A stretch of DNA of 58,440 bases, filler included, from Bipalium vagum (lineage: Eukaryota), in the NCBI GenBank assembly GCA_037834085.1. It is 3 parts of 3 records of this genome, joined end to end, with 100 filler letters (N's around TTAATTAATTAA, not from the genome) between each part and the next. Parts side by side here need not be neighbours in the genome. Positions count along the whole stretch, not along the records: positions 42,558 to 58,440 come from JBBMKC010140241.1; 2 more parts are not named here. One strand, given 5' to 3'. The translations under genes were made by a program, and so were the position numbers. Shown here in pieces: positions 50,201 through 58,440 of this stretch. The stretch's first letter is position 1. The number at the start of each line of letters is the position of its first letter. The notes below the pieces were generated by a model. It made no database searches. It was not told where the DNA came from and worked only from the letters and a program-made list of their open reading frames with translations.

Positions 50201-53200
50201 ATATAGTCAAAAATAAAATTCATTTTGACATTGTTCTTGAGATAATTCTCTTCGATAATTTTAGAAGATTATTGCTCAAAAACTTTATTTGCTTGTAAAA
50301 TCTTTTCTGATTATCGGGATTTTAAAATAATCACGAAAACATATTAAATAAATTGATGTATTTAAACAAAATCTAGGATATTAATTACCTAAATATTGAT
50401 GTCTGTTTTACTCAAGAAAATTTCATTATCGGAAGCTTCTATGCCCCTTTGCAGAACTTAAAAGACAGCTACCGTATCTACACAAATTTTTTAAAATTAT
50501 TTGTTTAAAGTATAATTGTTGATATTTCAGATTTCCTTAATGCCCTATTGAAAGAAGAAGATTCATGTCTTCCTCTCATAGTTTACGTATGTCTCAACAA
50601 TAATAGCAAATTTCCTACGTGTCAACCAAGTAGTGCTCCGACGAATGACAAAGTGAATATACCCATCGGTCGAGTTGGTATAACATCAATGACTTCGTGG
50701 TCCGACTTAGAAAATAATCTCCGTCGCTTAGTAAAGGAATACATGGCAGCAATAGATTCGTTTTCCAGCTTAGGCCTAAATGGTGAATCTATTGCTCGAT
50801 ATCGCATCAATAACGAAACATTTATTTCCGTTTCTAATACCGGAAGCATGCGTCCATTGACCTCTCCATTGGCGGCATGTTCCAATAAATCCAATTCGAA
50901 AATATCTATCGAACTCAAAAACCATGTATACAGTAATAGTATTGATGATATGGTTTTTGACTGCTTGATCCCCAAATCTATCTTACAACGCTACTTTGGA
51001 TTATTACTGGAACATAAACGCGTTTTTCTCTGTGGGCCTTCGGGTACAGGAAAGACTTACCTTGCTTACAAGCTAGCAGAAAACATAGCCTGCCGATATA
51101 ACCGTGATCCTACAACGTCCATTCTGACATTTAATGTTGACCACAAGTCTACTAAGGAGTTGAGAAGTTATATGGCCACTTTGACTGAGCAGCTTTTGAA
51201 ATCTGATCCTCAAAACGATTTCAATGTATCCACTTCTTCGAGTCTTCCACTTGTCATAATTCTTGATAATCTTCATCATGTCTCGTCATTTAGTGAAATA
51301 TTCAATTCATTTCTGTCTATTCATCATATGCGCAGGTATTATTTATTTGTCAAATAAAATAAAACATCCATCTCCTTATTTATTTATTATAAAATATCTT
51401 AGTTAGTTTTAGTTTTTAATTAATTTTTATTAATTAATTAAATTTGTTTAATTAATTAATTTTTTTTAATTAATATTTTTTATTAATTAATTAATAAATT
51501 ATTATTGTTATTATAGTTTTTATTAATTAATAACTTTTATTATTTCACTTTACTTTTTATTATTTATTTATCATTATAATATCAGGTTAGAAAGAAAATA
51601 ATTGCGCCTTTTAACAGACAAATGTCGGTTATTAAAAATCTCAGAATACAAAAGTGTTTTAGTCAAAATATTATCCATGACAAGAACACATTTCTGCCAA
51701 GGCGGAATAAGTTTATTTATTTCAATGAAGGAGAAATTCTGTCTTCTCAAATCAATATACTTAAGGAAGTAGTACAGAACAATATTGTTGCGGAAGATTT
51801 TCCCTTTCGAGAAGTAGAAAAGATGATTTAAAAAGGATATTCAGTAACCAACAGATCGAGTGAACATGTTGGATGAGACAAACTCTCATATCACTATTCA
51901 TTCAAGCTATACAGGAATTATTTTGCAACGTGTAGGGAAACATTGTTGTAAAAAATTATTGAATACTTTTTATTGAATAATGTGGTACACAAAGATTTTT
52001 TTAACAGTATAGGTTTCATTTCTCGACATAAGTGTCGTTCACATTGACTCACATTTGCCATTGGTTTACCATCCCATCACAGAATATTTCAAAGAAATTT
52101 TGATCCCTTTTGTTATCCTTCCTATCATCCTTTGAAACAAATTTATGTTCTCCCATATATTTCTTAAGATAACTGAAAATCAGTTTGTCAAGATCTGGGC
52201 TGTATGGAAGGTGATCTAGCTGTACAATACTAGCTTTTGTTAAGTGTCTAGGAACGTTATCATTAAATAAAAAAGTGTGAAATTAATTTAGTAATCAGAA
52301 TTTAAGATTTTTTTAGTAAAATTTAGTTTCAAGATATCGTTTCTAATCTAAGAGACGTTCAACATGCACATTTACGATGTGAACTTCCGCGTTGCAAGGT
52401 CCTGGATGGCTTCTCATTTTCCAAAATTCATTTCTTTGGCTCTCTTTTAGAGTAAGGAAGATGCATGCTTAACGGTCTACTTACTTTTGGTCTGTAGTTA
52501 CTGTATTTAATAAAATTCTGGTGAAACTCCATCCAGAAGATGAAGATTCTTTTCACGGGTCATCATCTCAACTGTTAAAAATCTCGGCATGTATCTGCTA
52601 CATACTTTCGTGTTCTTATTTATTCTAAAAGCAACAAGATGGTCTTTTAGCATATATTTAGCCACTCAGGTAACTGCAATTGAGGAATGTCTTGACTAAT
52701 TTCGGCAGGTCTTCACTTTTAGTTGCATAAAAATATCTTGACATGATGAAAACCCTCGGATCCAGTTAGAAACGGTTGCCTGACATTAGGTTTTTACACT
52801 GCATACCCCTTTAAGTTAATTAATAGTTTCCTTCTTGCCTCGTCTCTTGGGCCGTAACAAACAGATCACACTGCGCAATTCCACATTCTCGAACATTTTG
52901 TAAAATTAATCTAATCTCGTGCAGACAAAATTAGAATGTCTAAACCAATCATTTGTTTCTCTTATTTTATGTGAAACATTTTACGTAAGCACTTTCAATA
53001 TTTACGATGGGGCAAAGTACTTTTAAGCCTTACCACGTTTAGAGTAATTAGAATATTAAAACATATTCAAAATAAAAATATTTTATTATTTATTATTTAA
53101 TAATAATATGACTTGAAATTTATTATTGAATTTTAATTTGTAGTCCATTTGTAATTGGAACCATGAGTCAGTCTAATTCATCCAACACAAAAAATCTCCA

Positions 53201-53879
53201 GCTCCATCACAACTTCAGATGGATTCTTTACACGAACCACATGGAACCTGTGAAAGGTTATTTAGGCAGATATCTCCGTCGACAATTTTTGAGGCACCAG
53301 ATTGAGTCTGGGTTACCAAATGATCAACTTTATCACATTATCGAATGGATATATATTGTTTGGCAACACATCAATAAATTTCTGGAATCATATAGTTCGG
53401 CCGATGTGACAATTGGGCCCAGATTGTTTCTCAATTGTCCCATGAATATTGACAATGCCAAAGCCTGGTTTGTGGACCTGTGGAATTATTCTATTGTGCC
53501 ATATATTATTGAGGCAGTGAGAGAAGGTCTCACTTTGCATGGAAGAAAGCAGGCAACTTGGGAAGATCCTACGGATTGGGTTATTCGTTCATGGCCATGG
53601 AATGATATACATAGTTCTTTGCCAGCTTCCAATAATCCTACAGATCCGTCCAATTTGATCCGTTTACGAGCAGAAGATGTGGGATTTGATTCTTATCAGC
53701 TGATCATAACCACATCGGACCATATGGGTCCTTATTCTATAAACTCACACTTGGGGATAGACTCCCTGAATTCAAACAGATTGTCGTCAACTTATGATAG
53801 ACGGATGAGATGCGGAGAAAAGTCAGATAATAGCGAACCTTTGATGAATATATTGTATCGAATGCAAAAGAGAGCATGA
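47212..53879 (+). CDS. unc-53: Neuron navigator / UNC-53 family AAA+ protein, 3' six exons (5' part not found)
   Basis: GT-AG exons 47212-47386, 47437-47537, 47591-47712, 49801-50123, 50531-51335 and 53144-53879 splice in phase. Motifs: NLVTAFENSLQSMS, KKSSWLKNSLGRAF, LRKELEEKDARLTDVQLDAL, LIPKSILQRY..EHKRVFLCGPSGTGKT (Walker A), LVIILDNLHH (Walker B), PFVIGTM, LQLHHNFRW, DVTIGPRLFLNCP, WFVDLWNYSIVPYIIEAVREG and WEDPTDWV, all NAV1-3/UNC-53 signatures. Confidence 0.96.
47815..48990 (-). mobile_element. Near full-length decayed mariner in navigator intron
   Basis: EDKDRSGRPST, IGISIGSVNSILSDLIGLNRLSAK, RLLHEAIYQIRPDLWADNSWFLHHDNAPSH and RWRMCPATGGEYFEGN; frameshifts. Confidence 0.88.
52000..53035 (-). 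mobile_element. Decayed mariner in the last navigator intron
   Basis: Minus-strand QLDHLPYSPDLDKLIF (~52180-52225) and other disrupted fragments; ends approximate. Confidence 0.6.
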
Positions 53880-54179
53880 TAAAAGCTGAAATGTTAATTT
53901 AGTTTTTGTTTAATAATACCAAGGAGTCCAGCCTTTGTAAAGAATATTTGATTTAAAAACTTTTCCTTTGAGTTGATCGAGCTTGTTATTTGATTTAATG
54001 AAATTCTCAGCTTACGTTGTTTTGCAAAAGGACGTGGTCCGGTTTATTTTATCATAATTAATTTTGAGATATTATTATTTTATATTATTTCATTTATTTA
54101 ATTTTGACAAAAACGGATACCAGAACTTTTCAGAGTATAAAACAGTAATAATAATAATTAATGATAATAATTATTAAAT

Positions 54180-54497
54180 ATTATAAGAAGTGATTCGTAG
54201 AATTAGTTTGTTTGAATTTTTTTTAAATAAGGACCTCACGCCATAATTAACAATTATTAAATGATTTTAATTTAAGTTTTTAAAAATTATAATGTTATGT
54301 TTTTTAAATTTTTATAAAAAATATTTTAAATAAATGTTGGTTAATTTTTAAAAAGTAAATAATTTAATTTTAATAAAAGGCGAGGTCCAAGTTTGAAAAG
54401 TTTGTTTGGTTAATCGGATTTAATGGAATATATTATTATTATTGGTTCGACTTTGAATCCTTATTTACAAATGACTACACAAGAATATAACTATTAA
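54180..54497 (-). repeat. Unclassified dispersed repeat, copy 2 (inverse of 6836-7092)
   Basis: See copy 1; this copy carries small AT-rich insertions. Confidence 0.85.
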
Positions 54498-54514
54498 TAG
54501 TAATAATAATAACA

Positions 54515-55832
54515 TAGGGTTTTACAGCAATTTTCAACATTTTTTCAATCATTATCAACTTTGTTTCAATCATTTTCGACAATTTTCAAACAAATGCAAC
54601 ATTTTTAATCTCTCTCAACATTTGTTTATAACAAGAACATACAATACTTTCCAATATATATTTATAATACAAAATTCCTTTTAATCATTTATAATTTCAT
54701 TGTTTATGGATGTGTGATCATATCGAAACATATTTCTCCAATATTCTTCGCAATTTTCTTTAGTAATCAAACTTGCTGTTTTAGATATCTGAATATTCAA
54801 ATGATCTTCATTCTAACAATTAGCATTTTTGACTAAGCATTTCCATTTAGAAAAAAGATTTTCTATGGGGTTTTAAAATGGGGAATACGGTGGAAGAAAC
54901 ATTAATTCATGTCCATATTGCAAAAACAGATCCCTAACTTTGTAAGTCTTATGGATTACAGCATTATTCATAACAAATACGCAATTTTTCAAGCCTTGTT
55001 CTTGTAGCTGTTAAAACGTTATCTCCATAAAATTTAAAAATGATTCTCCATTATAGGCTGTATTTCTTATTAAAATGCAAAGTCCTGTCTTATTAATGAG
55101 GCTGCAAACTGATATATTTTTGGTCCTTACGTTTATATTAGGTGACGTTCCAACTACAATACGGCCATATTTATATCTGATTGACACTAAAATACAACTT
55201 CATCCAAAAAGAAAATCTTATGATCACTCACGTCAGAAATTAATTATAAAACTTTTTCGGCATATTCACGTCTAACCTTTAAATTATCATTTAATAATTT
55301 CTTTTTTCAGCCACAATAACAAGTCTTTATGGTGTAGTGAATACTTTTGCCACACAATTCCCGAATTTTGTCACATATCTGTTGTAGATTTTCATCAACC
55401 AATCCTCGTAGCTGACTCTTTTCTTCATCAGCAAGAACAGATCGATGATTACCACCTCGTGGTAGGCAAGTAATCCTATTCTCATTATTATAGACTTTGA
55501 TTCCGGAGTAAATAGTTCCGCGTGAAACCATTAAAAAATGAGAATTTTCTTTTTACCTAACGGTAATTTTCGATTATATTTTTCCTAATTTCGTTACTTA
55601 TTTTGTTAACCATCCTAAATTTATATATCAAATTATTACAATAAATATATATAAGAAATAACAAAGTTACCCAGAAAGTATTTTTAAAATATAAAATTAC
55701 ACATCATTTAAAATATTAAAACAAATGTTGAAATTGATTAAAAATATGTTGCATTTATTGAAATCAGTTGGACTTGATTCAAACAAAGTTGATAATGATT
55801 GAAAAAATGTTGAAAATCGCTGTAAAACCCTA
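54515..55832 (-). mobile_element. IS630/Tc1-like (DDE_3) transposon relic with long (~100 bp) TIRs
   Basis: Left tagggttttacagcaattttcaacattttttcaatcattatcaactttgttt and right aaacaaagttgataatgattgaaaaaatgttgaaaatcgctgtaaaacccta. Minus-strand LPRGGNHRSVL, VFVMNNAVIHKT and MFLPPYSPF*NPIENLFSKWK. Confidence 0.9.
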
Positions 55833-56289
55833 TACATAATATCAGGATGTTAAAAAATAATAATATAAAATAACATTTACAAACCCTTAATTAATTTTAA
55901 TTAACCTGTTTTATAATCTCATCTTTTGGTAATTTTGAGTTTTGAATTGGATAGATAATCTGTCTATGTTTAATAAATCTATCATATATACCCATGTTCA
56001 TAAGTGTTAGGCAGTTAAATTTTTGTTTTATTTATTTTACGAAGAGTGAAGAAAATGAAAATTTCTCTTTGATTTTTATTTAATCTTTAATGTATTAGTT
56101 TTGATTTTTTAAAATTGGTTTTAAAAAATATCGATTCCGAAATAATTAAAATGATAAAAGGTTCACCATTGATTTATTAGAAGGTTGTTTATTTGACGTA
56201 TGCATGGAATAAATAGTGAACCAAGATTTCATGCGACAATCTTCCCAATCCAGAGAGGTCCACTGTGTCTAACGATAGAGATGAGCACA

Positions 56290-56790
56290 TGTTAGTCAAA
56301 AGTTTAGAAATAAACAGTATGTTCCATATCGATCTCTAACTGCCAGTTTGGCTGTGTAAATCTCTAGAGCAACATTTAATAGAGTTCCTTTACAATTTGA
56401 CTGTAGGTGACTATTTACTAGAATTGTTAAACTACCTTTTTCCCGACATAGAATATCTTTTAGTCTGGAACTTTGAATATTTTCCGACAAATTTATATCA
56501 TTTTGAGAAATACCAGAGAGTCAAAAGGATTTAAATATATCTTCTTGAATTTCCATAATGCTTTCAGAAACAAATGAGAAATATTTTTCCCATTTCAATC
56601 TTTGAGGATATCCGTCCTTGGTATATAACATTTCGCCATTTATGAACCATTTTTTGCATTTCTTTTTCCAGTCCCACAACATCTTATTTTTTATACCAAA
56701 ATCTCTTGCTGTTATACCAGGATTATAGTGGTTTCCGCGCAAGTGTATACATAGATATCCCGTTTTCAAATGGACTTAGTAGATAGTACA
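56290..56790 (-). mobile_element. Possible Ginger/Gypsy-type integrase N-terminal relic
   Basis: YLCIHLRGNHYNPG...WKKKCKKWFINGEMLYTK..EIQEDIFKSF resembles the region upstream of integrase Zn-binding domains. No DDE core was seen. Confidence 0.35.
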
Positions 56791-56799
56791 TTTTAGCAA

Positions 56800-57292
56800 A
56801 GTAGTTTACTCACAGTTTGTGCTGAAATATTATGGATAATTTCCTTTTGTATTTCCACAGCACTTCTAAACCGATTAGTTTCATAATTTCGTACAATATG
56901 ACGTTCATCTCACTCACTTGTGATTTTATTGCTTCCGCGTTGTGATCTTTTAATATTTTCTGGGACATCACTGTTTAGCAGCTCTTTGACAACAAATATC
57001 AGCTGTATTTCTCTAGACATCTTTAAATACATTTTAATTAAATTTTCCTCGTAGGTCAATTGAGCATCAAATTTCAATGAATATATTCTTCCATGTATGA
57101 AATCTGATAAATCTCTACCTCTTTTCGTGTTTTTGATAGCATCAATTTTAAACAAACATTTTGCTTTATATATCTTCATTGGTTGCCTTTTCACTTTAGT
57201 TAAATAGTTTAAACAAATAAATAAGAAAAACTTTTAACAAATGCATTAGGTACGGTTTATAAGCAGGCGTAATTTTCGTTGCCCACGACTGT
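56800..57292 (-). mobile_element. Tc1-like element 5' part
   Basis: TA-cagtcgtgggcaacgaaaattacgcc terminus. RGRDLSDFIHGRIYSL and RSQRGSNKITSE*DERHIVR are a Tc1 HTH and GRPR-like linker. Confidence 0.65.
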
Positions 57293-57640
57293 ATAAATTA
57301 AATTACTCCTCATGTTACAAAATCGTTAAACTAAAAAATCCTTCTCAAATGTATTTCTTTTTTGGTCATATGACCAAATAAATCACGGAAGAAACACAAC
57401 TAGAAATAAAATTTAATATGAATTCACTGTATCCTTCGATATCGTTTTTCGTAGATAAGAGATTGTAATAAATTAGATGCAGGAACTTCAAAATGGTAAT
57501 GAAATTGATAAAATTTGAAGAATTTTATGCTGATTAAAAAAATGTTTAATGAAGACATGTCACATTATGTTTAAATATAAACAGAACAATACTTCCTTCA
57601 ATTCAAAATTATACTGAAGTAATTGGTGATATGAAAAATG

Positions 57641-57642
<2 letters not shown>

Positions 57643-57711
<69 letters not shown>
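57643..57711. repeat. (TTA)n microsatellite
   Basis: Perfect trinucleotide run. Confidence 0.97.
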
Positions 57712-58440
57712 GCAGTTTATTTGGAATTTCCAGTGATCTGGATTATTTTTCATCAATTGTCTGAGTTGAGAAATTTTATTTGCAGGGGCCCAAGACTCAA
57801 ATGATATGCGCTTTTACACTTAGAAAATATAAACTTTTATTCTGTTTTTTGCCAATTGATTTTGCAGCAATCGATGATTGGCTGAGCGAATATCTCAGGC
57901 CTAATTTTATTATTCATCTTTTACTCCAGAATCTTTATTTTTGGATTTCAAATTATTTTTCCGTTAGTTTTTCCGTTATTCCTTTAATTAATTAATTTAT
58001 TTTTCTCAAAGAATCATAATAATAAAAATAAAACTAATAATAATAATAATAATTTTTATTTGATAATAATGAGTACTTATTATTATATTAAATATTAAAT
58101 ATTATTATTATTATCATTATATTATTTATTTTTTAAATTCATATTTTATATAAATTCATAAATAAGACCTAAAGGTCTTTCTTTCCTAAGTTTCCTATTA
58201 AAAAATAATTAATTCAAGGATGGGAATGGCAGAGGCGTGAGAGGTGATTTAACTAAAAGAGCCATAATCAAAATTAATTCATTATTATTTCCTACGGTGG
58301 TGCCTTTTTATTTAATGAAGATTCGTTTATTTTCTTTTGAGAAATTGAGAAAAAGATTTTAAACAAATTAAAAACTGAAATTAGTTCCGGGATTTTAAAA
58401 TGTTATAATTTAATAATTTAATAATAATAATAATTAATTT

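Noticed and set aside
50622-51279. Antisense ORFs 50622-50975 and 51073-51279
   Set aside because: Shadow ORFs opposite the large navigator exon, with no independent evidence.

Overview
Very AT-rich animal nuclear DNA, most likely a rhabditophoran flatworm. This is inferred from the embedded mitochondrial fragments, which read correctly only with AAA=Asn, AGA=Ser, TGA=Trp and ATA=Ile, and show the order cob..nad4..cox1. The window is three contigs joined by artificial 100-bp spacers (N44-TTAATTAATTAA-N44 at 20796-20895 and 42458-42557), so adjacency across them is unproven. Three conserved spliced genes are partly present: cyclin Y (minus strand, 2 exons), a TMX3-type thioredoxin/PDI with a CGYC site (plus, 10 exons) and the 3' half of a neuron navigator/UNC-53 AAA+ gene (plus, 6 exons). 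Most of the rest is decayed DNA transposons (mariner, Tc1, IS630-like, rosa, pogo, Merlin, hAT). The most unusual part is about 22.3-32.7 kb, a nested inverted structure. An outer pair of unclassified repeats (Cys-rich mini-ORF plus a GC-rich hairpin module) encloses an inner pair of inverted NUMTs. These in turn enclose a divergent gene pair: an intact 3-exon, 158-aa coiled-coil orphan missed by the ORF track, and an HTH + C2HC zinc-finger gene broken by one base and fused to NUMT sequence. All calls come from reading the sequence by eye; no database searches were run.
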